A DNA stretch of 64,000 nucleotides from Octopus vulgaris (taxonomy: Eukaryota), in the NCBI GenBank assembly GCA_951406725.2, contig OX597820.1, forward strand, positions 50,530,001 to 50,594,000, in the 5' to 3' direction. This document shows, piece by piece, positions 1 through 15,149 of this stretch (position 1 is its first letter; each line of letters opens with the position of its first letter). The position numbers and the translations under genes were made by a program. A model generated the notes under the pieces. That model saw nothing but the letters and a program-made list of their open reading frames with translations. It made no database searches and was not told the origin of the DNA.

Positions 1-480
1 AGGATCTGTTAATCGAAATATATAGCAATTATTATCATTGATCATCAATACACATGAAAATATACACAAAAATACACACATACACACATATGTATGTGTG
101 TGTGTATGTAGGACAGAGAAAGTTACAGAGAGAGAGAAGGAAAGAGAGACAGAAATAGGGATAACATTTCTGGGAAAGATATAAATTTACGGAGTTAGGG
201 CAATATTTAGGCACGTGTATAAAGGACCTATGTTTGAGAAGTCTTTCACGTCGGTTGACTGAGCTGAATAAGGCAAGTAGTACTGCACATCACGAAAACT
301 TAAAATATAAACTATAAAACCGAGATGAAAAATATTACTCATTAACACGACCATCCCGTGTAGCATTTCAAAAATTTAAACTTGATTCTCTGTGGATGCC
401 TCATTATTATTCCCACTCTCAGAAGTTTTTAAACTTCAGAGATTCTATATAACCACGGGAATACGGACGTCTTGTACATT

Positions 481-730
481 TATTCTTTATCTTTTATCTT
501 TCACTTGTTTCAGTCATTAGACTGTGGCCATGCTGGGGCACCACCTTGAAGAAATTCTAGTCGAGCTAATCGACCACAGTAATTTTTTTAAAATCCTGGT
601 ACATATTCTCTCGACATTGTTTGCCGTATCGCTAAGTTACGGGGACGTAAACATACCAACACTTGCTATGTAGACGGGGAGGACAAACATAGACATAAAG
701 ACATACACGTAGATACATACATATATATAC

Positions 731-792
<62 letters not shown>

Positions 793-793
793 G

Positions 794-863
<70 letters not shown>

Positions 864-1034
864 TATATACATATAGATATACATATGACAGGCTTCCAAT
901 TTCAACCGAATCTCACAAGTCTTTGGTCTGCCCTAGGCTATAGTAGAAGACACTTGCCCAATGTGCCACGCAGTAGGACTGAAACCAGAGCTATGTGGTT
1001 GGGAAGCAAACTTCTTACCACAAAGCCACACTCG
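481..1034 (-). mobile_element. tRNA-derived SINE (octopus-type) with internal (TA)n expansion
   Basis: Minus strand starts GAGTGTGGCTTTGTGGTAAGAAG (A box)...GGTTTCAGTCC (B-box-like)...TTGGGCAAGTGTCTTCT. (TA)n occupies ~715-885. The 3' part ...CCCCAGCATGGCCACAGTCTAATGACTGAAACAAGTG is followed by an A-rich tail. Confidence 0.8.
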
Positions 1035-1039
1035 TACCA

Positions 1040-1570
1040 TTTGGTGATTTTCTACATATTTGGTTACCTTAAACGTTATACGAGATTCCTAGGTTTTTGT
1101 CAACGATTTGTATAGATTTGTGGACTGCATTTATGCTAGAAACATTCTGAATTGTAATTTTGACGATGAACTATATTCAATTTGTTCTATTGGACACATC
1201 GGCGCAAATTTTCTTGTGAATTGACAAGGCATTTACTACAAAATGTCATGACAACATAAAACACGAAACAGAAATAGATAAAACAAAATATTGATGCATA
1301 AAACCATTGTCCTACACAGCGTTCAAAGGAAATTGAAGATTTCACAAACACACATGTACAGCAAGGAAGGAAATATTGTAGTAAATAGAAGTCTATCGTT
1401 AAAACTATTAGCTACTGCGATAACGGCTCTCGTGAACCCAGCTGCTTCCAACAAAAGAAAAAGGCTACAATGGTTATGAGACATTAATGGATTTTGGAAA
1501 GTTATTGTTCCAAACTAAATAGAGAAGACTGCTAAGGAGATATTGAAAAACTTTCTCATGGAAAGATAAA
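1040..1570 (+). mobile_element. Possible highly decayed hAT (Buster/SPIN-like) transposase remnant
   Basis: Scattered frameshifted motifs in the expected order: CSIGHIGA (CTDGA-like), HC (~1305), QWL (~1468, RWL-like), EILKNFLMER (~1538). No TIRs found. Confidence 0.3.
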
Positions 1571-1699
1571 ACTCAAATATTTTCTAAGACTTCTAAGTAC
1601 AAATTTTAAAAAATCCTTTGTTTGCATGCATTTACACACAAGCATACGTAAATGCATGCATGTTTGCATGCAATTACGCACATATGTATCAGCGCATTC

Positions 1700-1850
1700 A
1701 TGATTGTATAGGTGAGAAACTCACTTCATAGCCATGTTGTTTTGCGTTCAGACCCACTGTGCGGTTGCATCAACGGGAATAGCACCGCGCCAACAAATGA
1801 TTTGTGATTGAAATGGCTTCACGGAAATTGTGTAAGTCTGTCGTCTGTAT
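1700..1850 (+). mobile_element. Decayed 5' half of the same tRNA-SINE family as 481-1034
   Basis: GGTGAGAAACTCACTTC...GCGTTCAGACCCACTGTGCG...ACGGAAATTGTGTAAGTCTGTCGT followed by (TATG)n; same layout as the 481-1034 copy. Confidence 0.45.
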
Positions 1851-2203
1851 GTATGCATGTATGTATGTATGTCATTGATCACTTTTATTTAAAAATGTCT
1901 TGCTATTAGAGAAGCAGTCGGTTACTAACCTAAATCCAAGGCTCCTTCGTTGGAATTTCAACATCAACAACATAGTATATTCTTGTTGGTATATATGTAT
2001 GTATTTGTGCAGATTTGTATGTTTAGCTTTGTGTATGTATTCGCGTGCATGTATGTATATTCAGATACATTTATACATGCAAGAACACGTGGTTGCGTCG
2101 AAATACCTAGTAAAGAAAAGGGACAATGATTCTCTTCCATCCTCGAAGTACAACTGAAGATATAGCTTAAGAGGTCAGCTGACCTGCTGATTTTAATATC
2201 TCT

Positions 2204-2258
2204 GCGATATTGAAAAGGAAAGCGGATAAGTACTGTCAGCTTCACCGAAATATCTAAC
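2204..2258 (+). ncRNA. Degenerate minimal hammerhead-like motif (possible PLE pLTR relic)
   Basis: TTGAAAA, then imperfect helix II (GGAAAGCGGATAAG/CTGTCAGCTTCACC), then GAAA-TATC. Helix I is poorly paired. Confidence 0.35.
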
Positions 2259-2912
2259 TTTTATTACCATATTATAAATTCACATTTATACTAAAGGTAA
2301 TTGATGCGCTTAATTTTTTGAGTAAAGTGAAAATTTGTATAAGGTGGTGCAATCAGAAAAAGAACTTAAGTCGCTAATTCGCACAATATGTAAGTAGAAG
2401 AGTAAAAACGTGCAAGAATTTTGTCAATTTGAAAATGTAAATTAGTTATTATTATCTACATTGCGAAAATGGGAATTTGTATCTTTCTTAGAACTGAGCT
2501 TCTTCTGATAGGAAAGATTTCAAATAATTAAAAACAGAAGTGAACATAGATTCGCAACGTATGTCGACATTTTAGTCAATGTTTTCTCCCGGGTTGAATA
2601 GTTCACACCACACCAATCACAAACCGTCATTTCCAGGTGCCCACTCTAAGTAGACTCTTTATTTTCGCCGTAACACTTGATATCTACCCAGCATAACTTC
2701 TTTCCAGCATATTCTGCTGTACACCAGATAAAATGAGAAGGATGCAAACTATATCTTCAATATACATTCTTACATTTCGGCATATACATGCATGCGCACA
2801 TACATAGGCATATATATACATGAATATATACACACACACGCACACGCGTGCACACACACACACACATACACACACACACATATATATATATATATAAAAA
2901 CATATGTATATT

Positions 2913-2978
<66 letters not shown>

Positions 2979-4030
2979 GAAGAGAGAGAGAAAGCGTGGT
3001 GAGTTTTTGTGTTTCTGAATATGTCTGAATGTAGAGAAATAAATACTACAACGAAAGGTCAAGGTTTTCGCTTTCAGCAAGGAACATATTTTGAGCACAC
3101 TAACCAGACTGACGTGACATTATCAACTCTATTTGTTTATCCTCCTCCCTCCTCTGTCCATCTCTCATACTTTCTATCTTTTCTCTTGCCGTCTGTCCAT
3201 ATGTATGCATGTGTACGATTATATATCTGGTTCAATTATATGCGTGTATCTGTTGATGTCTATGCCAGTTCGTGTTAGACCATGTACTATTTACCAATAT
3301 TTACTATTTCAAAGTGTTAACTCATTTCCATTTCTATTTCAAACCGACTTTATGTTTGTTCGCTTTTTGTTTTATTTTCATGTCAATATTGATGAGATAT
3401 ATTTTTAATATCTTCTTGTAGATGAACATAGACAATGTCTACTGAAACATATGAGTGATATTTTTTGTGAGAAATTTTTATTTTTTATTTTATTGCACCT
3501 AATGAAAGCAATTGGTTATTATAAAACATGCAACACTTCAATATCAAATTTGTTGTTGGCGAACCTATTTTGCGTTTAGTTACCAATCAGTCATAATACT
3601 GCAAATACCTACAGGCGGCCCAACTACTGAATGTTGCGACCCATTTAACTATGCTTGTAAGCATACCATAAATCAGCTGGGCTTAGGACTATGCTTCATA
3701 CTGATAAATTAAATGCTGAAGCCATTAAAGTTAAGGCTTAAGTACACAAGATGCAAATGGCTACTAAGTCAGAGGAGAAAGTACAATGTTTCATGGAATG
3801 CATCAAATCATCGGCAGCCTTAAATTTTGGTGGTTTACCGACATCTTTAAAGTGATGATATTTGTATTTTTGAAATTTTAAAAATGTTCCTTTTAAAGAT
3901 CTCTTATGAAATTTTAGAGTTCTTTTTAGTATTTATGTGCTTATCTCTGTGGTGATCAAACTTAGTTACTGGAATTTACTTCTGTCGCAAACGTTATCGC
4001 AAGCCTGTCCTAATATTCATTGATTTAGTA

Positions 4031-5205
4031 TACGAGAGTCATTAATGATTTCCCTGATGCACTTCCAAGGGGACTGGGAGAAATGAAACTTGGTATAATT
4101 ATTAGTATTTCTCTACAGAGTCACCACCAAGTTGTGAAGATCTCATCTTGGTAGTCGGTAGTTTGCGTTTGGAAATAAATTTACCATCATCCAAAAAGTT
4201 GATACCCTTCAAAAAATAATTCATGTTTGGAAAGATGGTGGATGACAGGTGGTGCAAGTTCTGGAGAGTAAGGGGGATGAGGAAGGATTTCATACCCGCA
4301 GAAGTTTGCTTTCATCAGGGCAGGATGCACGCTGTGAGCTGGGGCGTGGTTTTGGAGGGCGTGGACTCTTTTGACCCACAACGTCTGCAGTAGAGAAGCT
4401 ATGTTAATTGCGGTGTCCTTTGCCAGAAAAACACTCATCCCCATTCTGCGTTGGTCTCAAAAGAATGTGAGTATCGTCTTGTCCGCTGAAGGTTGGACAC
4501 AAGCATTCTTTGGAAGTGGTGAGTTATGATGCTTCCATTGCTCTGAGTGGACTTCAGTCTCAGGATCGTATTAAGAAACCCATGTTTCATTCTGTGAAAT
4601 AAATTTGCCCAAAGAATTCTCCTAGTTTTCATGGCACACTACCAGAAGAGCCTCGAAGCGATTGACTCGCTCCTGCTTCTGAAAAGGTGTGAGCATCCGG
4701 AGAATCCATCGTGCAAACAATTTTTTCCCCACGGACCATACACTTATCGTTACGTCTTGGACTAGTTGCCGAATAGTTATGTGGTGATTCACCCAAATAG
4801 CCGCTTCCAATTTATAGATGGTGTCGTCATAAATGGCGGAATGTGGTCGTCCTGGAATAGAAACAGTTTTTACCGGTGTCCGATTACATTTGAACTGGTG
4901 ATGCCATTGTTTGACTACGTCGTTTGATGGTTCATCGACTCCATAAACTTCATTCATCTCATCGATAATTTCTTATGGTGTACGTCCTTTCATGTATAAT
5001 AACTTGATCACAGATCTGCATTCAACTGCCTTCATTATAATTCCTTGGTCCACTTTAGCAGACATAAAAGACAAACGAATACAACTGGAAAGCTAAAATT
5101 TACAATGTGACATGTAAAGACATGTATGATTATCTCTGTACAAGCTGTGTTTCCTGCAATAACCAAAAGTGGGCCAGAGAAAATCTTTGATGAACACTCC
5201 TCGAA
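4031..5205 (-). mobile_element. Mariner (Tc1/mariner) DNA transposon with transposase pseudogene
   Basis: ORF 4622-4957 has an HTH, GRP and WILRML (WVPHEL-like); ORF 4187-4444 has HAPAH and HPPYSPELAP. Diverged TIRs at ~4031-4064 and ~5168-5205. Confidence 0.9.
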
Positions 5206-5339
5206 AGTTTTTGTTTTGATTACATTAGGTATGCGTTCGATGAGTGCATGCAACTTTTGATAATATCTATTGCGCTGTTTGTGATATATGTAGTTTAATG
5301 AAGTTTATCGTTGAACAATTAAGATTATTGACGTCATTT

Positions 5340-6410
5340 TCCCCCTAGTTATATTTTATACAAATATCACTATGACATCCTGTGATCATGACTATATTGA
5401 AAACGCTCCAATTTTCATCCACTTTGCCTGATGAAGGTATAGTACACATATCAGGTCTTCTGATATATGTTGATGTAATTAGATGAATGGTATATAGCTC
5501 CTGTGTAGTCGTTGTCTTCTCCAATTGTATAATTGTAGCTTTATGCAATTTTATATTTAGGAATAAGATCAAGTGATATCTAATAAGAGTCACTGGTATA
5601 GAGCTACTATTAACCGGTCTTCAGCCTTTCCTTTCCTTGCTGCTAACTCTGGTTGCTATTTCTGAAGTGTGGATGTCTTACGCTTGATAGATGTGCGCCA
5701 CGAAAAAGTAATTTTGTTGTGACTGTTAAATTCTATGCTCTCGCTATATCATTTTAAGTGTGTTTTTTTCTTTTACTTTGGTTTTGTACTACTCTAATGT
5801 ATTGTTTGTGTTTTGCTTAGCACGTTGTAAACAATTTTCTGTTATCTGAACGAATTGATTGTTTTGCTGTGTAGCATTGTGTAGTTTCTCGTGTTGTTTT
5901 ATGTGACGCGTAATGAAGTTATTATAATTATTACCGTAAAAAAGTTGGTAGTTTCAGGCAAATTTCTACTGCATTACATGCCACACCTGTGTTGCTGGGG
6001 TGTGTGTAGATTTGTGTGTTCCTTTTTGTTGTTGGGGGATTGCAATTCTCTCCGGTATAGTATTGCATCAGTTTCTTTTGATATGGGGTCTGGTGCATTC
6101 TTTTGTTGTATTAGATTTTGCATTTTGTGTTGTGTGTGTGTGTGCACTCCATTGAGTATTTGGCCAGCTGATGATTGTTTAATTTATTGGATATTTGCTA
6201 TATAGAGTGCGTTTTGTGTTTATGGATTCATTCGTTTCGTTTGTATTATTGAATTGCTAGTGTCTTGCGTCAGATGTGTGCTGTTCCAGGGCAGGGCTAT
6301 TTTGGGGGTAGTGTGTAGTGTTGAGGGTTCAGGTGTAGCTTCCACATTTTTGTTGATATGTTTGTTTTATCATATTCAGAGATCCATATATTACAGGTAT
6401 TGCTTTCACC
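5340..6410 (-). mobile_element. Possible heavily decayed Penelope-like element C-terminal/GIY-YIG region
   Basis: Minus-strand fragments YIANIQ, CNAVEICL, KIVY, QYI occur in GIY-YIG order. A half-hammerhead-like CCTGATGAAGG at ~5427 lacks its GAAA. Weak. Confidence 0.3.
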
Positions 6411-6419
6411 TTCATACAC

Positions 6420-9150
6420 TACTTCGAGCATATGTATGTAATTTTACAATTTCTCCACTTCGTTGTCGACAATATTGTGGTCAGTAGACATTTAGGGTTA
6501 GAACCGCGCACTTCGAAAAACCGAACTCCATCCATTCTGTACAGTCTCAACAAGCCACTCCATTTAAGGCTCTGGTCTGCGAACATATTTAAATCATTCA
6601 TGAAGAGAATGCGGTTGAGGTGAAGTTCATTCTTTCTCAGCTCATAGTCCGCATTTACTTTGCGTAGGACTACAGAAAGTGGGATCAAGTCTATAACAAA
6701 TTATAGAGGTGAACAAGAGTCTTCTTGGAAGATACCTGTTTTGATTGTTACCCTAGCTAAGAGCTGGTTGTTACAGGAAAGATGCGTTTCCAAAATCCAA
6801 GAATGAAGCAACACGTCGTAAGTCTTTTGAAGTCTATCGAGGCCTGACATAATATGTTTTGGTGCCATTTACAGTTCTTCATTCTAACCTTGTCTATCAC
6901 AAGGTTGTCCTTGGTGTTCTTGGCTCCTTTTCGGCATAGTTTGTTCTATTGTTAGTAGATTGTTTTCCGCAAGGAATGCATATATTTTCCTTGCGAGGAT
7001 ATCTGTTAATGCTTTCCATAGGAGGTTAAGACAAGCAGTGAGGCGGTAATTACCAACCTCATTGCTCTTTGACTGATCTATCATTAAAAATGCTAGTTTT
7101 TCCTTCTACCATCCACTTCAGAACTGCACCGGCCTGTAGGCAAATGTCTAATCGCAACTCAGTTCTCTTGTGTGTTGACCTAAACCACTTGTGCCAGGAT
7201 CCTTGAATTCCATCTGTCATTACTGCTCTTCAGTTTGGCAGTTTTGATATCTGTGCAATGACATCTTCCTTTGTTATGCAAACATGGTCCTGTCGTAGAG
7301 CCTCCGGATGGTGGAGTTCGGATCTCACGGAATAAATTCAATCCACCCGGCACCCTGTTTGTGAAAAACCTGTTGCTACCCGATGTTATTACAAATTTGG
7401 CGGGATCCTTGTGTCTCAGAAGGTGTATTATCTTATACGTTTCCTCCTAAGACCTTAAAAATCTGCCTCTGGTTGTTTGGAAATAACTGGTTTTGCTATA
7501 ACTGTAATATGCGATCTGTGTAGTGCTGCGCCTTTAATGTTTTTGCCCGTATACTTTGTTTTAGGGTTTCGATGACAATTTTGAGGCCTTTCTTTTCTAT
7601 TTGATACTTCGTGTCAACATATACCCTTTCACCTCCCTTTTTCCATTTTCCCATTTCCATTTGGACCATCTATGCGGTTCGGATCGTGACGCAAATTTAG
7701 AATATCGCCTTCAGTTCTCCTTTTCCACTTTGCCTCTTTCTGTCCATCTACTTTCCTCTCATTCTATACAACCAGTTCGTCTACTAAAATTGAAACAGAT
7801 CTGATCAAGTCCCTTTTTTCCGTTAGATCTTTTGTCTGAATATATTTCAGAATCTCATCAACTTTTTGGGTCATGTGTTTCACATTGTTACGCTCGAAGC
7901 TTCATAAATTCACAGACTTGGTCTCTGTTTTGTAATTATTATATCCTCGAGTCTTATCCTTAGGTTTCTCTACTCCTCAGTCATATCCTCTCGTAATTCA
8001 GGGTTTTCTATGTTATACTAATTAGCCAGCCTCTCTTCCACTACAACTTTATCTTGGCTAATATTCAGCTACATTATTCTTCTCCAGATTATCACCACTT
8101 TAGAGGCTTTTCCTGATTGTCTGTTTCTGAGTCTCATTAATTCCGAATTATTCCGAATTATTCCTATATGATTCATGAATCCGTTTTCAGTAATCTGTCA
8201 CATACCCAGCTGTTTTCAAAGTTCTAATGATCTTTTTCCGATAGACTTACATTTTCTACTGCTCTTGTCTAGCAAGACATGTTCATGGCACTGGATCGCC
8301 TTTTGGTTCATAACAGACCACTTGCGTTTGCGAGTACGTTGCATATTTTGACCAATAAAAGGAATATGTCTTGTAGTATGGCTATCAGTTGTTCGATTCT
8401 GACGGAGCCCACCCTGCAGCACAGTGGGGCAGCTGCTGGGTGGGGGACCTTCACCAGTAACGTTCACACTAATTAGGTATGTTTTTAGGTCACTACCAAC
8501 CGGTATTTTTACTGAGAAACCATCTCTATTAAGGTAGTCAACCCTGGTTTTGGTATATTTCTTCTCCTAGGCTACTTAACAGCTGAGGCTAACAAGTACA
8601 GCCTATCTGGAGCAGTGGTCATTTGAAGGCGTCAGATGCTCGCATTTTCCCACACTTCTCTTGTTGGCTTGGCGAAGGAGCCAACCAAGACTGCAGAGCT
8701 CTTACTACCCATAATTTGGGCCTGTTCCTTTCACATTTCTGCATGTTGCGGACCATGATCCTGATTCTCACTAGGAGGTAGGTAAGTGTCAGTTGATCGC
8801 GCATCTTCATCCAAATATTCATCCGGTGCTAAGTCCTGATTAACGGTTCATTCACCTTCATCCCAGGCATGGAGCCAGTGGACACTGACAGGGTGTCACC
8901 TCTGTGATTAAGGAGTCCTCTCTACCCCAGTTTTTACATCAGAGTGTTTCTTCCAGATAGACTGCGAAACAAGGCTCACAAGTTCTGTCTATCCGTTTTC
9001 AGAATGGCTATTGAATCCTTCAAGTGTTCCAGCTCTTTGCTGTACTTTGTTTTTAATCCCGCAGGGTGTCGAAAATCTGCCTTCCTCAACAAATAATTTC
9101 AGTGGGGCTGGCGGTTTAGTCGTCGACGACTCGACGGTTTCACAACGCCT
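6420..9150 (-). mobile_element. R4/Dong-type LINE, 3'-truncated (5' UTR, N-terminus, RT), pseudogenised
   Basis: ORF 6884-7084 NYRLTACLNLLWKALTDIL; ORF 6419-6688 LFMNDLNMF (YMDDLKL-like); ORF 8216-8467 RKRKWS. Collinear with the 17560-20905 element. Confidence 0.85.
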
Positions 9151-9789
9151 CTTCTTATTCATTCTGGGTAATTATCATTGAATATTATAATTTCAGTATT
9201 ACTGCTATAATCCCTATCTTATTATTTACTAGTTCACTACCATAGTTTCACAATTATTATTATAATCATATTATTACGATAAGTATGAGGGGTCCTAATA
9301 TTTGTCTCTCTTAATTCCTTTATTCACAAAATGATGGCAGATTTACTACAATTGTTTTAGCTGCTGCTGATGCTGCGGCGTGAAATAGAGGAGCGAGCTT
9401 GTGTGTACTAACACACGCGGCTTAACTGGACTGCAAGCTGATATGGTTGGTAGTAATTAAGAGCGGGGGGGAGAGGATTTTGGAAAGTGTCATCGGCAAG
9501 CTGGGACTTCCACAGCTAAGTTATCGAAATTTAGAAACTACATTTCAGAGTTTTAAGAAGCTATAATATTTTATCATATAAACGCCCCATCGTATTTACG
9601 ATCATAGAACGTATCTATGGCGACTCACATCGTACATAAATTTCAAAATCTATAAACATCTCAAAGTTTTAGCAAACATAGAAACTATTAGAAAAAACTT
9701 GCGCATTTGGGGAGGGGGGGGCAGCTGGTGAATGACAATAACATCGTGTGAATGATTTCAGCAGCACTGGGGCTCCATTAGAAGAGGAG

Positions 9790-11395
9790 GGGGAGACATG
9801 GGCAAACAACATCGGGTTTCCAGATCGTATTTAGACAGAATAATTTGTGGGCCTGTAGATACAAGTAACATACGTTGACACTCAAAGATGTCATCTACAC
9901 AGACCACAAATTTGCGATCTATACGGTCGACAGAGATAGAATTCGTAGGCAGGATCCCGGTAATGGAAACTGAATGGATCTTTCTCGGTGCGTCAATCAT
10001 TTACAGACCGGGTAAGGAAATAAGTCTATCGTGAATAATTCATGCTGGATAGCCTTAAAAGGGGCTACTAGAATAGGGTAGTTTGCGTTAATTAAAGAAG
10101 TAGGGTTAGCGCAATCTATAATACAGTTCGGGTGGGGTCTAGTTAGAAGGTAGAAGAATTATTTAGAAGGGGCTTATCGAACAATGTACTGAGCCGCGAT
10201 TGCCTTTTGGTCAATTTTTTAATGTCAAGCACGAATTCTGCGTTGTCAGAGCTAGAATACGTGTGCTAAGACATGAAGGAATGAAAGTCGTTCGATAGAG
10301 TCGGTTGGCAGTGCAACTTAGACACATTTCGATCTTTAAGAGGCCGGTACCGGTGCATGTTAATCGAATGGAAGCAAATGTGTGCAGAATTTCAGCGTGA
10401 GTGTACTGAAATATACAGAAAACTTAGTGTCTCGGAGACAGGGGTTGATTTCACTTCTTCTCTCAGCGGCATCTCACACATTCAGGGGAGGGTTGCGGGG
10501 TTCTGCGAAATGCTGATAACAGCCAAAGATATACGGTATTCAATGATTGACTGCTTGAAGAAATCTCCAGGTTTTGCGTTTCGAAGTTTCTCTCCATATG
10601 GCAGATTTGTTTTGAGATCTCTTGGCGGATTTCTACATATCTGGCAGTAGAATAGGATTTCCAATACTGTAATCCGTGGCATGGTGATTCTCCTGAGCAA
10701 GAATCCGAAAAAGGGGGACCAAATAAGTAGTTTTAACACTCGTAACTCAGCTGAATAAAGATTACGAGCTTCTGGCCAAGGTGTTAGGCTAGAGGTTGAC
10801 GTTTGTCACCGAAAAAGTAGTCGCTAACGCGCAGGTATTTTTGATTTATGGGGCTTTGTCAAACACGTTAATGAACGTAGGACGGATCCAGACATCAACG
10901 ACTCCATTATGAGGATCACTTTTTTTCAACTGGAATGGGCAGACAGTATTCCTATGTCTAATGTCCATGGCGAAAGTAATAGTGATGTGGACCAGGTGGA
11001 AACATCTGAAGACAGATACTTTCCTCTTCGAACAAGCCAGCATAGACTTTTTCAAGTTCCACTTCAAAAGGAAAATGAGAGTGGAAAGGAGAATTCTTAC
11101 CACTTACTATTTATGCCGACAAATGGGGGAATGTGGCGGGGGTAGCATGCATGAATGGGCCTGTTCTGAACATACGCCTCTTGGCCGGAGGGTTTGTGAA
11201 GATTAGAGGTGTGTACCCGGGGTGTCCTTCGCAGTCAGCACGACCAGGATGTTTGTCAACACTGGGTGGAATTCCCTCTTTTGAGGATTTTATTTAAATC
11301 GTCTTCATTGTTAGTGGTTTCATTGTATAGACGTATTTTTGTGTTAAACCACACTTTCCCATTGTTTTGTATTCTCCCTGTGGCGAATAAAAAAA
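9790..11395 (+). mobile_element. L1/Tx1-like LINE, internally deleted
   Basis: APE endonuclease motifs TWANNIG, SRSYLDRII, YTDHK. RT start KSPG...DYELLAKVL, then a jump to C-terminal AKVIVMWTRWKHLKTDTFLF (ORF 10961-11206). Ends GGCGAATAAAAAAA. Confidence 0.8.
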
Positions 11396-12000
11396 TGTTA
11401 TTATTATTGTTTTTCTTGCTGTTGTTGTCGTCGTTGTAAGAATTATAATTAATAATGTTATATCATTCTCGATTCCATTTTTTCATCTATCATTTTTATC
11501 TAATTTTCCATCTATTTTCTTCTCGCCAGCAGTATTCAACGCACTTCTATCTGCTGGCTCTTCTTTATTACATGTCCATATGGCCAAGCAGCGAAAGCAT
11601 TTCTCACAACGAAGAACGATAATACAAGTCTGAATAGAAAGGAAACGTAACGTAATGAAATGCAATGTAGTGTAAGTTTCTATAGAAATGAAATATAGAG
11701 AGTAAGAATGACTTTAAGGATGACTAAAAGATGCTGAGAAAATTTAGAGAATAAATGTGAAAGACTGGAACACAAGAAATTCTGATAAGCAATTACAGAT
11801 ATATGAACAGAAATATATAATATAGAAACATCAATGAGAGAATAAAGAAGAGGAAAACAAGGAAACAATGGTAGAAAGAGTACAGAATAGATAGGTAGTT
11901 AAGTGATATAGAGTGAAAAAGAGTGACAAACACATTAAAAAAAATCTAGATAAATCTAGCAAGGAATAAATCAATAATACTGAGCAATAAAGTATGGTTT

Positions 12001-12860
<860 letters not shown>

Positions 12861-13489
12861 CAGATGGCAGATATGTTTGATTTATATTTATTTCACTGTA
12901 CCAGAAAAGAAGAGGACGAAGAAAAAGAAGAAAGAAAAAAATTGAAAAGCAATATCATACAAAATAAAAAAAAAGACAATAAATATGTGTGAAAAAAAAC
13001 AACAAAAAAAAACGCAAAATGGAGAAAGAGAAATAGAGAAAAGATGGCGAAAAATAAATAAATTAGTAAAGAAAAAAATAAAACGTTGTAACAGGAAGCG
13101 AAAAGAAAGAAGTAATAAATATTTTTAAAAGCCAAGCGCAAGGAAGAACTGAAGAAGTAACAGTTTCAAACTCAGCAAAATTCTATTTAATCTTATTTCT
13201 TCTATTATTATTATATTGATGTTTACTGTATATTTCTTTTTTTCTTTTATTTATTGTCATTGTTGTTGAGCTTGTTGTTATTCTTTCATAGCTATTATGT
13301 TGTTGTTATAGAAGGATAGCTATTGATATGTTATTATAAGCATTGTGTGTTGTAAGATTCATAGCTATTGTTTTGTTCTTTATAAATTCTTTATTATAGT
13401 TAGTTGTATAGTTATTTCTTTACTGCTACATTCCTATATTTTGCTTGTGTTAGGGACCCGCCTATTGAGTGTGTGTACGTATATTAGAC

Positions 13490-13517
13490 AGCATGTATGT
13501 ATTTATAAGTCTGTATA

Positions 13518-13552
<35 letters not shown>

Positions 13553-13568
13553 TCTTATGCATATGCAG

Positions 13569-13613
<45 letters not shown>

Positions 13614-13930
13614 ATCTACCACTACACGTATATGTGTACACTCGTTGTTAATTGTTTTCGTAGCTGCTGTCTTTTTTACGTCTTAGCATTGTTTGAGGTG
13701 AAGCACATTCGCACGCGTGCTCGCAAACGCAGACATACATGCACACACACGTACACTAACACAGCCACTCATATACACTAACAGAACTACACGAATATAC
13801 GCCTACCTATATGAAGGGGCGTGTAACTTTATATATCTATATCTATATCTATCTATCTATCTATATATCTATATCTATCTATATATATATATACAGACAT
13901 ATATGCAATTATGAATGTGAATATATACAT

Positions 13931-13974
<44 letters not shown>

Positions 13975-14010
13975 GTGTATGTCTGTATATATATATATAT
14001 ATATATACAG
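13490..14010. repeat. (TA)n/(CA)n/(TATC)n microsatellite cluster
   Basis: Direct inspection. Confidence 0.9.
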
Positions 14011-15149
14011 TAATACATTCTTTACTCTAAACTGATATTCTTCCATTTTTTCCTCATATTCCTACATCTATCATTCCTTATTCTTTTGGTTGTTTTTCTA
14101 TTGTGTTGCCATAAACTATCACACCTCCACCGTTGATGCGGTAATTTACATGATATTGTTTCAAACATCATATATATTTATATAGACACTCATCTACCCT
14201 CATCGCATATATATACATATACCTATATCTATAAACGTGTAATTTTGTGTTTGTGTATGTATATGTGTTTGTGTAACTGTGTACGTCATAGTTATATGTA
14301 ATGAGTATTTGCCAGCCCTTTCCCAAAGGGAAAGGCGTATAACCATTACTTTACTTGTTCAAATTCCCAGAGATATGAAATTCTGGTGATATTATATGAG
14401 TATCTTGTTTTTTCTATTGTTGTCAATTTACAGTTTTATTCTTCTGACAACACTATTAAAAAGAAGTTTCTGTGAATATATATTCTTGTCATCATTTCTT
14501 GCACATATTATATAACGTCGTGTTTACTACTGAAACTCTTGCCTTCAATAGAGATATTATTTCATATTTGTTATTTGTCTGTTGCTAGAAAATAGTGTAT
14601 CGGCCTTAGTAATTAGTGATTCTCAGCTACATTCTTAGATCAAATCCTGTACAAACCTCCTAAGAATCTTATTCATGCAGAATTCTATAGAGTAAGTTCG
14701 ATTTTAGCATTCAGGTCAGTTTAATTGTCGTGTTTCCGCTCACAGAATGTGCAATAAAGTGCTCATGAAAGAAAGGACAGAAAAAATTGCAATTATATTT
14801 CTTGAAGTTGCATTTGGAAAGGGTGGAAGAAGTAAAACTTTTGACCTATATTTTATTTTTATCGTCCACGTAAGGTAGAAGAGCATGTTTGACATCAGTG
14901 TGATTCTAAATCAGAACTGCTAAATAGTCAAAACATAACTCAAATAGCTTTGTTAACGATTTTGATAATCTGCTTATGACATGATTTATAAGAGTGAAAA
15001 TTTGAAATCTTGACGTAATATATGTTGTGATTAATTACATCATATGGTTGTTGTACGTCTTAAGGTTGCTGAAGTATGAAATGGGATTAATTACATCACA
15101 TGAATTCTATATTCCTTGAGGGCGCAGAATGGTTGTCGTTAATCGTGAT

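Noticed and set aside
5425-5460. CCTGATGAAGG half-hammerhead
   Set aside because: No downstream GAAA or cleavage triplet; it is also on the opposite strand to the putative adjacent PLE relic.
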